Assembly: GCF_006345805.1 (NCBI RefSeq)
Contig: NW_021835457.1
Location: forward strand, 1 to 64,000
Source: Octopus sinensis
Lineage: Eukaryota
Reading direction: 5' to 3'
DNA: 64,000 nt
Positions 1-11,694 of this stretch are shown here, one piece after another. The translations under genes and the position numbers were made by a program. The notes under the pieces were generated by a model. That model was not told where the DNA came from and did not search any database. It saw nothing but the letters and a program-made list of their open reading frames with translations. The first letter of the stretch is position 1; every line of letters starts with the position of its first letter.

Positions 1-149
1 ATTAAAATAATTATTGATACAATTGAATATTTGTTATTTATTTTCATTTGATTTAATAAATAATAAATAAATAAAATTAATCGACTCACAAAGAAAAAAA
101 TCTTCGATAGATTCATTGCAGAAATAACAAATAAAAATCATTAATATAG

Positions 150-661
150 GTAAATCATCCATGCAGACTAAAAGCAGATTTTTTCATTCGTGTTATTAAC
201 TGTTATTCGAGTTCTGCTTTCATATCATGTATTCTCCTACTAATCGTGTTATTGGAAAATGAAACTAATTCAATCTTTTCTACGCATGGTTTGATCAGTA
301 TTTAGCCAATCGAATGTGCTTCACCCATTTTGGCAATTAAATAGCTAATCTAAGTCACAAAAGAAGTATGTCATTACTTCGAAAGAGACGTCAGTGCTTC
401 ATAAATAGAACTTTTCACTATGTTCATTATCTTCTCAGAACAAGTAAAAGTGCTAGTTTTTTTCAAACAAAGCCTACATTCGGCTATTGATAAAAGCTGT
501 TCACAACACTTGACAAATTCGTATAACAGATATTCGTACAGTTATTTTCGTTTCTTTATCTCTAATTGCAACTTTTTATAATTTACTTACGTAATAAAAT
601 AATTTTTCGAATTTTGGGTCACCCCTAGTATTTGCCGCAGCACCCACTTTGGGAAACGCTG
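150..661 (-). mobile_element. hAT (Buster/Charlie-type) transposon remnant
   Basis: The minus strand starts with the TIR-like CAGCGTTTCCCAAAGTGGG (643-661). Its degenerate translation LIAKMGEAHSIG..LIKPC..FSNNTISRRIHDM matches the Buster/ZBED5-type transposase N-terminal region and contains stops. Confidence 0.75.
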
Positions 662-830
662 TTATAATGCATTGAACATTTTCCGTCGAACCTGTCGAGT
701 CCAATGGAATCCAGTATCAAAAGAAAACGTGAAGAAAATAGCAATAAGGAACGAAAAATGAGCACAATTCAACCCAACGTTCACAAAAATCACTTTTTTA
801 ATAAATAAAATAAAGAGAAGATAATTCAAT

Positions 831-1794
831 TCAAACACAAGACTCATCGGTGATCTCCTGCATCGCTTCCCCTCCCAAAAAGAAGAGCATATTGCAATAC
901 TGTCGTTCGTTCAAATGAGGAGCAAAAAACAGCTAAACTAGAGAGAAACGAAAACATCTCTCATTCGAAAAAAGCACATCCCCGTCACCCAACTGTCACT
1001 CCCCGCCTGGTGCTGCATCCCCAGTCGTCTGATCTACAAAACCATCCCCCAACAACAAACATCAAAAAACGTGCAAATATCCTGAAGTCCCCCACGCAAT
1101 GACCTGCATGACTTCATCATGTACTTCAAGTCATAAATCCGCGGAAAAAACTTTCTCAAATAAGTAAAAAAACGCGTTTCCGAAGACGGAACCAACCCAG
1201 ACTTGAGAACCTTGACAAGATAGGCAAAATCAAAGGCACTGAACACATCAAAACAACTCAACAAACCAGTGGAAGCCAATAAAGACCTTGCGGGGGTCGA
1301 GGATCAGTCCCGACGTGTAGAACAGGCACCCCAAAGTGTCGTGGTCGATTCCGTACTTCTCGTGGTCCTCGAAATTGAGGCCCGCGCTCTGTAAAAGTCG
1401 GATTGAGGACTCGTTGAATTTTTCCCGTCTATGATGGAAAGGCGGGAAAACTTGAGATTGAATTTGAGGTTGAATTGCCACGTGTGGAATCCCGGAGGGC
1501 ACTGTCCGTCCTCCGTGAAGAAGGAAATCCCGATTTGGATCACGTTTAGTTGGCGGAGGTTGGCAGCCACGTTTTGATAGCCGTGGTGTTTGACAACCCG
1601 GTGGTCGACTTGTTCGATGCAGCCGGGGAATTCGGTGTCCTGGGAGTAGGGGTGGGCAGTACAATTGCTATGTAGTGGTAGTTTTGGGCTATTTCCTGGA
1701 TTTGTAGAAACTCTCGGTCGACGTTGTACTGCCAGACGTCGATTATTCCGGCCTGTTCGTTCTCTGGGCGTCGTAAATGTAAAGTTCGATGCAT
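831..1794 (-). CDS. CNOT7: CCR4-NOT deadenylase subunit CAF1/POP2 (CNOT7/8), 5 introns of 23-28 nt
   Basis: Spliced product MHRTLHLRRP...IIDVWQYN...YIAI|DTEFPG...IQIGISFF...TWQFNLKFNLK|REKF...FH|CAFDFAYL...IYDLKYMMKSCRSLRGGLQ...|IRRLGMQHQAGSDSWVTG...SCV*. It has the DEDD motifs DTEF and HQAGSDS. Introns include gtactgcccacccctactcccag (1640-1662). Confidence 0.95.
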
Positions 1795-1880
1795 TTGGTT
1801 GGACAAATTACACAAACAACAAAAACAATTAAATATTTATTCCAAAATAATTAAAACTAATAAAATAAATAAAAATCAAA

Positions 1881-3006
1881 TCATCCCAAACTATCCAATA
1901 ATTCATCAAGAATTTCAATATATTTCAAACTCTCCTCCTTCCTTGCTAAATCCTCACACTACAGCCCATAAACCCAGCCAATACTCTCTCTCTACGAAAC
2001 GTGACATATCCAAACACAGTCGTGGCACAGTGGTACTTGCTTGTCCAGTCCTCTTCGTCCAGTGACCCATCACAGGCCAAGAAGTGGAGTAACTCGGCCG
2101 CATATTCAGGCGAGATGGTCATTTCTGGCACAAAAAACCTCATTAGGCACAAAAACGGAGTACAAACAGACCAAAACGAGGAAGGCATAATCCCCAAAGT
2201 CATTCCAGTCACAACCATCCCCGGATTGCCCACAACCGAGAATATATTCTACGACTGACACCCTCCAAGTACATGTGATCTCCCAAAACGGAAGTTGATG
2301 GCAGCACTGAGCAAATCCACTGCATATTTGGAGGCCGAATAGGGTTCCCTACTGCCTGCTAGTCAGACTGTTCAATACGTCTTTTCAAACTGTAAATCTT
2401 GGAAGGAAAACTCCTTTTTGCTGGCGTTGGAGGAAGAAGTCCAAATAATTCGAGTCCGACCGTCCTGCCCTCCCAGGATTGGCAGGAGTTGGAGAAACAG
2501 TTGGAAGTGACCAAAAACGTTGGTGGCGAAGATTTCCTTCAATCCATCCTCCGTGGACCTGTCTTGTTGACAGAGCAGTCCTTTGCCCGTCGAAAACATA
2601 TCAAACACATTTCTGGGCATTATTAGGCAAAATACGTGGAAAATAAGTTTTTTATGAAATAACTCCAGACTACGTGACAAGTGCCCATGGTTCCTGCATT
2701 GCATATAAGGACGTCGAGGTGGTCTGTTCTGGGGTGTGGGGAATGAGTACTGTGCTTTAATATTCTCCACAGCCCTGGAAATGGACTGTCGGGAGGCCAT
2801 GTCTATGAGGACGAGACTTATTTGGCATGTTTGGCTGTGTTGTCCGAGAGAAGTGACGGCTTCCATGCCTTTCTGTACATTTCTACAGGCAATGAAGAGA
2901 TGGAGGGAGGGATCACTCTCCACCAACAGTTTGGCAGTGGAGTAGCCGATTCCACTACAGTAGAGCAGAGACACTACCTGTTGGCACCAGTAATGAGTAC
3001 TTTCAT
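1881..3006 (-). CDS. HSD17B7: 3-ketosteroid reductase / 17-beta-HSD7 (SDR family), several tiny introns
   Basis: MKVLITGAN|SGIGYSTAKLL...LFIACRN...DVLICNAG...MFSTGKGLL...DGLKEIFATNVFGHF...RIIWTSSSNA...TPEYAAELL...KYHCATTVFG...LDSLG*. The 200-aa ORF in the track reads through two introns (22+23 nt). Confidence 0.92.
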
Positions 3007-3189
3007 TCGAGTATTCGTAATTATTAATTTACAACTATTATTAAAAAATTAATTTAATGAACTAATATTTGCCTGCTGTTAATTTTTATACTTAATTATG
3101 AAAAGATGAAATAACCGACGGTTTTTGATTGAGGTTAATAACGGATCTCAAATTTGCAAAATGTCTTGTTTACTCTTTTCAAACTCTCT

Positions 3190-3720
3190 GTTTACGTTGG
3201 GTATCTGAACGTTAAAGGATTAAAGTCGTCGGTGAAAAGGCGGTCACTTTTCCAGGATGACTATCTGCTCCCTGCAAAGTCAAAGAAGGACTTTACGAAC
3301 AAAATGCTTACCATGACTTCATGTTGCTCCCCCGTGGATATCAGACTATGGTAATATATCAAAAGAATCTTGAAAATGAATTACAGATATTGGATCTAAC
3401 TCCACAATCATACATTTATATATACCTAAATCTCAAAAAGCGTCTAAAAACCCAAGGAAACTGGATTACTCTTACAGTTCACTATTTACAACCCTTATGG
3501 AAATATCCCTATTTATTTTAGATAGATTTGAATGCGAAGGTTGGAAAAGAAGCCTGAGGATCAAACTTCATGGGTACCCACGGGAGAGGACGGAGGAACA
3601 TGTCTGCAACAACCATGGCCAGCATTCACTTGCAACACGGAATTTCGACACGTTGCATGGCATATCACGACCTTGACGGGAGAATGTCTGAGTCGGAAAG
3701 ACATGTAATCAAAATATATA
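3190..3720 (+). mobile_element. Non-LTR retrotransposon APE-endonuclease remnant
   Basis: Fragments GYLNVKGL and IDLNAKVG resemble the APE motifs GxxNVxGL and GDxNAKVG. The reading is frameshifted. Confidence 0.5.
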
Positions 3721-3780
3721 ATCAAATTGACTACTTTTTGTGTCGATTAAGACTGGTTAGATTTGAATTGGATATTACTC

Positions 3781-3925
3781 CGACAAAAACCCAGAAAGCT
3801 GTGAAAAAGTATAAAACCTCCCATATAACCACTTAAAATAGTTCAAAAAAATTTCAACGCCTACGAAACCCTAATCAACCCCAATAAACGTGATTTATAC
3901 GACAAGTACGGGAAGAGATGGAGAA
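3781..3925 (+). pseudogene. DnaJ J-domain fragment retaining intron 1
   Basis: gacaaaaacccagaa...gtataaaacctcccatataaccacttaaaatag ttcaaa...gcctacgaaaccctaatcaacccc...gacaagtacggg aligns by eye to the DNAJA gene at ~51430-51565, intron included. Confidence 0.85.
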
Positions 3926-4029
3926 AGACATCAAAAGGTCATACATCAAGATTTCATGATTGTATGCATTGAATTGAATATAATGCTCTCAATGAATGAA
4001 TTGTCTGAAAAATTATTAGAACGTTGCGG

Positions 4030-4580
4030 TTTACATTTGTCAACCGAAAACATACGTTAACATATACACAGTATGCTTTACAAAGTGAGACTGTCGAATG
4101 GAAGTTTAGAGAGTCAATTGTCCAGAGATTAAATTACAAAGAGCTGAATTTGGGAGAAAACTTCTTGAATATCAAAGAGAGTTGCAAACAATATTGTTTG
4201 CTGATAAAAGAAATTTCAGCTTGCATATTCGTCGTTCAAAATAATTAATTATTCAAAAGGTTGGTCAAAAGTTGGATCACGTGCATCGTCAATTCAGCGA
4301 CTTCAAAAGGTCCAAATATCCATGTAATTGGAGCTATTTCAGTGCATGGGCTTATCCATTATGAATACAATGAGTCTCTTTTAAGTCTGATGGTGCAAAA
4401 GAGTTTGTCGGAAACTGTCTTCGCAAAGCTTATAAAATAAACAACTCCGAGGCCGTAGTTATAATTGATAATGGCATTCAGGATTGGAAGAAATCCTTGG
4501 TGAAGAAGACCACAATGCATCGAATTCTTCGATTGGCGACATATACTCCTATTCTCAATCCAATTGAAACTATTTTTATA
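4030..4580 (+). mobile_element. IS630-Tc1-like DDE transposase remnant
   Basis: GPNIHVIGAISVHGLIHYE and HRILRLATYTPILNPIE match DDE_3-type motifs, with many stops. Confidence 0.7.
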
Positions 4581-4654
4581 CGTTGTCGATTAGTTAAATT
4601 GCAAATTATAAAATTGAAGTTGCGGATTATAAAATTCAAGTTGTTTTGGTATAA

Positions 4655-4816
4655 ATATTGGCGCCAATTTAACAGGTAAATAGTCTACTAATTCACTAAG
4701 ATTCCATGTTTAGTGGAATTTACAACGGAAAACAAAAACACACCCGGACATCCATCAGGTGCTTTCCCGCGCTCAAAAATCGAGCGTAACTCACATTATA
4801 TCAACTGTTGTGGACA
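4655..4816 (+). pseudogene. 5' fragment of TatD (exon 2, intron 2, part of exon 3)
   Basis: Near-identical to ~34421-34583 (atattggcgccaatttaacag gtaaatagtc...aag attccatgtttagtggaatttacaacggaaaac...). It stops abruptly after TGVD. Confidence 0.9.
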
Positions 4817-4905
4817 ATGATTGTACTGGATTTATTATTTTTCCCCAAATGATGTGGATTGTAGCAAAATTCCCATGTTTTATGTTCAATTTTCATTTTA
4901 AGATA

Positions 4906-5691
4906 GTATTGGTTAAAACAATAACCAACATGGTCATATTCCTAGAGAGAATGGCTCACAGCCAGTAAATTGAGAAAATGGCTTATAATTTCATTAAAAT
5001 AGTGCCAGATGTGTAAATTATATTTTATCTTCTTAAATATTTTACGATTCCTGATACGTCGACAGTTATGTAACTTCATAAAATATAAATATTGAAAACT
5101 GAATTAGAGTGTATGACAAAGTTATACAAATTTGCAAATCTCCAAATAAATATGCGAATATTAAGGACAAAGCTGAAAAATCAAATCCCTCCACAATTTT
5201 AGTCGAATTAGTTAAAATGTTATCAATGGATTGTGATTCAAATCGCTCACTTGCCATTATGATTTATATGATCGTCTGTCAAATCTCGAAAACTCAAACT
5301 TATCGCATGTTAGTTAAATATTTCAAATATTTCTGCATTATTTGGAGATTATTAGTATCAGACTCATATACTCCTTCGGTAAACATGCCAATAAAAGTAG
5401 CCAATAATCAATTATCCACAATAATTCTACACAAACAGTATCACTGAGTGAGTTTATTTTAATTTAGAAGGTGATCATTCTTCAAATTGTTAAAATGTTG
5501 GTGGTAACAATTATCTTAAGTTTTTTGCAGTTAACAAAAAAGCATTGTCGCTATAAAGTTTGGGTATTGGTTAAAACGATAACCAACATTGTTATATTCC
5601 TGGAGAAAATGGCTCACGCCCAGTAAAAAATTAGACTGTTTGATTAAATAAGGAACTCTTTAAAAACAATGGCGTATAATTTCATAAAAAT
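4906..5691. repeat. Imperfect direct repeat pair (4906-5001 and 5564-5691)
   Basis: Both copies share gtattggttaaaac(a/g)ataaccaacat..tattcct(a/g)gaga.aatggctcac.gccagtaaa...aatggc.tataatttcat.aaaat. Confidence 0.75.
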
Positions 5692-6101
5692 CGTGGCCAT
5701 TGGTTGTTCTAATAGAAATACTTGCAGGTGGTCAAGACATGCAAATCCATCTCCGTTGTTTAAACTCCCAAAACTATCGAGGAGCAAAGGGAACAAGAAG
5801 GGATTAAAAGAATTTATTCAGAAGAGGGTGGAACAAGAGAGATTTCGTATACACATACACCCCTCGACATTAAAATCCGGACAGTTAATAAATCGTCATT
5901 TTTATTATCAAATTTAGAAAAAAAAACCTTTGAGCATAATATTTTTTTCTATATTTTTATATTTAAAAAAATATATTTACAAAAGTTTTATAAAACGATA
6001 TTTAAAAGCATAAAACGTGTTTTCAGTGGCGTAAAATTCCGGACACTTTTGCTATTATAGTTAAAAGAGCTAATTTTTTTTAAATATTTTAGAAAAAATT
6101 A

Positions 6102-6655
6102 ATGGATTCTTTTTGTAAAGGACAAATTATTTCTTATTACCAGCAAAATTTTTCTTATAGGAGAATTTCTGATATCCTCGGAGTTCCGAAATCGACTGTT
6201 TTCGATGTTGTTCGAAAATACATAAACTCAGGAACCATTTATAGAAAAAGTGGGTCTGGAAGACCAACATTACTCAATACAAACGAAATCAAAATTTTAG
6301 TGGAACTTTCTGAAGCCAATAGTGAAAAATCTGCTAAAGACCTCGCTCTAGAAATGAAAACCATCACTCAAAAAGTAATTTCCCCGCGAACAATTACCCG
6401 CAATTTGAATAAGAATGGTTTATTTGGAAGAGTAGCAAAGAAAAAACCATTGTTAAGTAAAAAAAACATACTCAAAAGATATGAAATATCGAAAATATTC
6501 GTTGGTATGTGTGATGAAGGATGGAGATCAGTCATTTTTTCAGACGAGTGTACTTTTGAAGTTTATTATGCACGTAAAAGAAAAATAATATACCGAAAAA
6601 GGGGAAATGAATTCAAAAATTCAAATTATCACCCAACTGATGGAAAAGTTTATAT
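6102..6655 (+). mobile_element. Tc1-family transposase, N-terminal half
   Basis: HTH with the GRP motif (KSGSGRPTLL), then ISPRTITRNL..GLFGRVAKKKPLL, then WRSVIFSDE (first catalytic Asp). The C-terminal DDE part is missing. A TIR-like cagtggcgtaaaattccggacac lies at ~6024. Confidence 0.85.
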
Positions 6656-6769
6656 ACGAAGAAATGGCCTAAAACTACGATTTTTGTGTATTGAAGAGGC
6701 AGAACTAAAATTACTAATGATTGAAGTACTGGTTGTATCATCTAAAAATAGTCCGAGCATAATTCTAAT

Positions 6770-7330
6770 CATTTTGGAAATTGTCGACCTTGTTGATTTG
6801 CGTCGATATGTTGAGGTGAATGATTCAAATTCTTGTACTTATTGATTCATTTTCCAAATTTGGTGTTGTTGAGCTGGTTAAAAATAAATTTGCTGTTGAG
6901 ATTTCTTCTTTATTACAAAATATTTATTACACAATTGGCCTCCCAGTTATTCTAAAAACAGATAACGGGAAGGAATTTAAGAATTCCCTTGTAAATAAAA
7001 TTTGCTAAAAATGAAAATAAAACATGTTTGTGTAAGGCCCAGAGCATCTCAGATTCATTGCCAGGTTGAAAGGTAAACTACAGTAAATAAATTATCAAAC
7101 TTTTTAGATTTAATCAATCTATCAAAAGGTGGATTTCACCTACAAGTAGTTCTAATAGAAATTTTGGCGTCAATAAAGATATTATCAAAGGAATTGATTA
7201 CGACTATAATCGTTCACGACATGCAACAACAAAGCATATTCCTTTCAATATCTTTATGGGAGTAAAAGGCATTTATGCACCAAGTGATGAAGAAATAGAA
7301 GCTCTCTGCGCATTTAATGGAGAAGATGTT
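6770..7330 (+). mobile_element. Ginger2/TDD-like (KRAB-A2/SCAND3-like) integrase remnant
   Basis: VDLVDLRRY..ND / ILVLIDSFSKF...LKTDNGKEFKN are rve core motifs. The reading is frameshifted. Confidence 0.75.
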
Positions 7331-7914
7331 GATGCAGAAATTCAATTTGTTGAAAATGAATTTATCGATGATTAAAATATTACAAAAAATTTGTTATCAA
7401 CATACGAGAATCTAACGAAAGCAGGAGAAAAATGAAAAACAAACGGAAATTGGACCAAAACGGCATTAAGGTTGTTTATCGCGTGTTATGATGTGGATTA
7501 AGGTGGGGGATAATGTTCTATTATGGCAAGATATTGATGCTAATCCACAGAATAGAAATTATCAATTATATGATCAAATTGATGCGAAAAAATTGTCAAT
7601 TTAAATTGTCATTAAATCAAGTTCTTGTCCGAATTGCTTTTTTCAAATACAACAAACGCTACTGTAAAAAATTTGAAACACATCTCGGATGATTTACAAT
7701 AAACACTGTTAAAAGAACTTTATTCGATTTTTCAATAAATAATTGTGTTTATAAACAGATTGGTTCTTTGATAACTGATTTGATCATTTATCCAACAATC
7801 ATATAAATTTTAGATTCCTTCATAATTTGAAATCCGAAGAAAAAGTAGATTTGAATTTTTCGGTTTTTTAATATCGTTCTCAGCCTAGTACCACTCTCAA
7901 TTAATAGAAACACA

Positions 7915-8130
7915 TTATTGGTAAGTCTCTTTGTTCAATCAGTGGTTGCAAATAACTCTGTGGACATTCGTGTCGACACGACAATTAATACGGATACGAA
8001 GGTTGAGAATAACAAGCCGGATATCCTTGTACTCGACAAAATGAGGAACACAATCACACTTATAGAGATTGGAATCACCTCTCAAAAAATTGAAGCAAGT
8101 AGAAGTGGAAAAGCTCCACAAATATGAAAT
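7915..8130 (+). mobile_element. RLE-type (R2/R4/NeSL group) non-LTR retrotransposon 3' fragment
   Basis: IRVDTTINTDTKVENNKPDILVLDK...ITLIEIGIT then, after a frameshift, KQVEVEKLHKY: a PD-(D/E)xK restriction-like endonuclease motif. Confidence 0.75.
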
Positions 8131-8580
8131 GGAACAACGAAAGAGGCTTTTCCAAATGAGGCCATTGAGTCGAACTTGAGAACGACCACAGAAGAGGCCA
8201 ACCCTGTGAGATGGAAGAGCGTGCCCATCGAAGATATTGGCTTTAGCTCAAAGAGGAGGAGAATCGAGTGAGAGGACGCATTAATAAGTTCAATTGATAA
8301 ATAATTAGTTTTGACCCCCCCTTTAGTAGTCTTGACTGGATTTTTAACACATATCTTCTTAACTGGCTTTGAAACCGTATTACATATTTAAAAATCAGCA
8401 ATTCATTTATGCAATATCAATTTCTTTGATTGATTTATTAAAGATAATTAATTATAATTTTATCATAAACTAGCTCGGCAGCTCGCTTCGCTCACCGCGA
8501 CCTAGCTCCTGCGGAGGGCATGTTTCATCAAACAACTATAAGTTTATGTAGATGTATAAAACTACCTGGTTAATGTAACC

Positions 8581-9050
8581 CTATTCTATTGCCTGTTGAT
8601 AAACGATGTTTGTCGTCCGTCCTTCCTTGGCATATATGAATAAATTTTCTCTTCTGCCTACCCTCGAGCATCCCACATACAGCTGTCCATGTGAAAAGCA
8701 CTCACATTCTAAAAATAACCCAACTACCTTTAATGACTGTCCCTGGGCCTTGTTTATTGTGATTGCAAAACTCATCCTCAAAGGAAATTGCAGCCTTTTA
8801 AATCTAAATGGTAATTCATCAGAAATTATCGGAATTCGTGGAATATAAACATCCTCACCTCTATACTTACCTGTCAATATCGTCGCCTCTATTACGTTAG
8901 CCATCAAATTTTTGATAACTAACCTCGTTCCGTTGCATAATTTAGGTGGCGCAAGATTTCGTAATAAAACCACTGGAACGCCTATCTTTAACTTTAAAAG
9001 ATGATTCGGCATTCCAGAGGGATCTAAGGAGTTTAAAAATTCAATCCGGT
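8581..9050 (-). pseudogene. Helitron PIF1-like helicase C-terminal fragment
   Basis: [39 protein letters not shown]...[23 protein letters not shown]...[13 protein letters not shown]. Confidence 0.9.
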
Positions 9051-10189
9051 TAAATTTTTAGAAAATAACAAAAAAATAAAAAAAACAAATAAAAATAAAT
9101 AATTTAAAAACACAAAAATAAAAAAAAAACTTTAAAAGTTTGTAAAATAGTATAAACAAAAAAATCTCTGCCGCCACGGCAACAACCTGTCTAATTTTTT
9201 TAACAGCCAATTAAGATAATGCTTAAGAGCCTTTATAGTCCGGAGATTTAGCTTAGTGACCTTGATTAGACAAACCACTGGCGGAAATGGGGCAGGCGGA
9301 GATGCGGCAGGCAGAGTAGCAGCAGCCAAAAAAGCGACACACAAAAAAGATTTAATTAATTACCTTAAGCTGACCGTTTTTTCTTCAGCTTCGTTTTTCC
9401 TCCTTCGGTTATCTATTTAAAAAATAAAAAAAAAAAGTCGAGGACATCGTAGGGTGGAAGATTCTTGGAGGAGTTCATGATTTTAAGCTTGTTCCCCATT
9501 ATTGGCTAATTATAAGGGGGAAAGATTTTGACAATTTATCTGTACTTTGCCAATTTAAAAAATTATTTTTGAATAATAAAAAATATTAGGAAAAAAGAGG
9601 CATACAAAAAATAAATTCTATCTTTACGAAAAACTTCTTTTCTTAAGGTCATCTTCCCTCCTTCGGTTATCTATTGAAAAAATAGTTTAACTGAAATTTA
9701 AAAAATATTAAGAATAATTAAATCAGCTAATTAAGTGTCATGGCTGCACCTCGGATTGAAAAAATTATTTTTGAGTAATAAAAAAGTTTAGGAAAAGAGG
9801 CATAACGAAAATAAATTCTATCTTTACGAAAACTTAACTAAATAGTTAATATTTTTACGCAAATTCTTCTGATTGCGCTGTCAATTGGTGGTAAATTGTG
9901 TTAATGATTGTGCTAATGTGGTTTCAACTATCAAAGTGTTTTTCAAAATCTGTTAATTGCACACTCTATTCAAAGTCGTGCAATCTGTAATTGCACATTC
10001 TGTCCAAGTCAAATATGATAATAGCTTTAATTTTGATTCATGGTCGATAATGATATATGCATTTAATTTTAAAGAGAAAATCATAGGATGAATTGAATTT
10101 CTTTATCGCAAATAATTGGGAGTTCATAATTGTTAATATTCTCGCTGTCGTTTTCATCAAGGATATTATTAATACGTGAGATTTTTGCC

Positions 10190-10700
10190 TCGAAGGTTTT
10201 AATGGACTTCATCATGAATGTCGAGGACATTAACGTTGTTTATTTTAATCAAATACAGAAAATAATTTTTTGATTTTTTGCGGGAAGGTTTTAAGGACCT
10301 CATCATGTAAGTCGAGGACATCGTAGTTGTTCATTTTAACCAAAATGCAGAAAATTTTTTTTAATTTTTTTTGGGGGGAAGGTTTTAAGGACCTCATCAT
10401 GTAAGTCGAGGACATCGTATTTGTTCATTTTGACCAGAATGCAGAAAATTTTTTTTAATTTTTTTTGGGGGGAAGGTTTTAAGGACCTCATCATGTAAGT
10501 CGAGGACATCGTAGTTGTTCATTTTAACCAAAATGCAGAAAATTTTTTTTAATTTTTTTTGGGGGGAAGGTTTTAAGGACCTCATCATGTAAGTCGAGGA
10601 CATCGTAGTTGTTCATTTTAACCAAAATGCAGAAAATTTTTTTTAATTTTTTTTGGGGGGAAGGTTTTAAATACCTCATCATGTAAGTCGAGGACATCGT
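10190..10700. repeat. ~94-bp minisatellite in Helitron 1 (about 5-6 units)
   Basis: Unit gaaggttttaaggacctcatcatgtaagtcgaggacatcgtagttgttcattttaaccaaaatgcagaaaattt...ggggg. The gtcgagg motif falls at 10311, 10405 and 10499. Confidence 0.95.
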
Positions 10701-11694
10701 AGGGTGGAAGATTCTTGGAGGAGTTCATGATTTTAAGCTTGTTCCCCATTATTGGCTAATTATAAGGGGGAAAGATTTTGACAATTTATCTGTACTTTGC
10801 CAATTTGAAGTTGGTGTGCACACACAGACAGACACACACCATACCATTTTATTATTAAGATATAACGCACGTGTTTGTTATGGATGGTTGTGCTTGATTC
10901 TTCTGGTACTGAACATTTGGACAGCAGAGCCGAAAATAACATGAAACCTTTAAAAAGAACGGCCAAGAAGGATGTCCAGACTCGTTCTGTTATTGAAAAT
11001 TCAAGATCCCCCTGTCTGGAAACGAACACGAAAATAAATGCTCTTAAAGCTATTATTTCCTCTATTAATATTGAAGATAGAAAACAGTGGGCAATTTCAC
11101 GAAATATCAGATCATAACCCTTTACAAACGGTTGAGGACTCGGTCGATACAGTTGGTGGAGCAATGCGTCATGTAAGCCAGAGGATCCATTCTCTCCGAG
11201 GTCTTCTCTCTTCTATCAAGAAGAGTGATCAATCACAATGGGCGCATGCAGTTTTGGAGTCAGTGAAGAGTCGGTTCAAACGTCTATTATTCTTGATGAG
11301 TTTGCTTCCAAGTTCAGTGGAAGAGCCTCCATTACTGCTTTTAAAAAATTGGCATATTTGGGCACAAAAGTTTCCGAAAAGAAAGTCTCTTCTAGTCAGC
11401 AGTCCCATTCGGACGGGCAAACAACCTCGCCATTTGTTGATCCTTCCCTGAATAAACGATGCAAGGAGGAATTTGTCATAAGGGAAATTTCCATAATTGT
11501 GATTAATTCTTCAAAAATTTCAATAATAAATCGACATATAAATAATCAATGTATAAATAATAAATCGACATATATTCAAAAATTTCGAATTGCTGTTTTT
11601 CTGCCATAAATATTTTGTTCCCAGCAGTATAATAAAAAAATTCCCTGTGGAAAAAAGAAATCCGTTAACAGGGAAATATTTTTTGAATAATGAA

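Larger units (their letters stand above)
8470..10860 (-). mobile_element. Non-autonomous Helitron, copy 1
   Basis: The minus strand reads A|TCTTAATAATAAAATGG at 10860 and ends in hairpin + CTAG|T at 8470 (AT target, no TSD). It carries a PIF1 helicase C-terminal fragment and a minisatellite. No Rep/HUH domain was seen. Confidence 0.92.

Noticed and set aside
1724-2258. Plus-strand ORFs (113 aa, 85 aa) and similar antisense ORFs over GBA2, OMA1, DNAJA and the CRE element
   Set aside because: These are shadow frames on the strand opposite recognised genes, favoured by the strong local skew.
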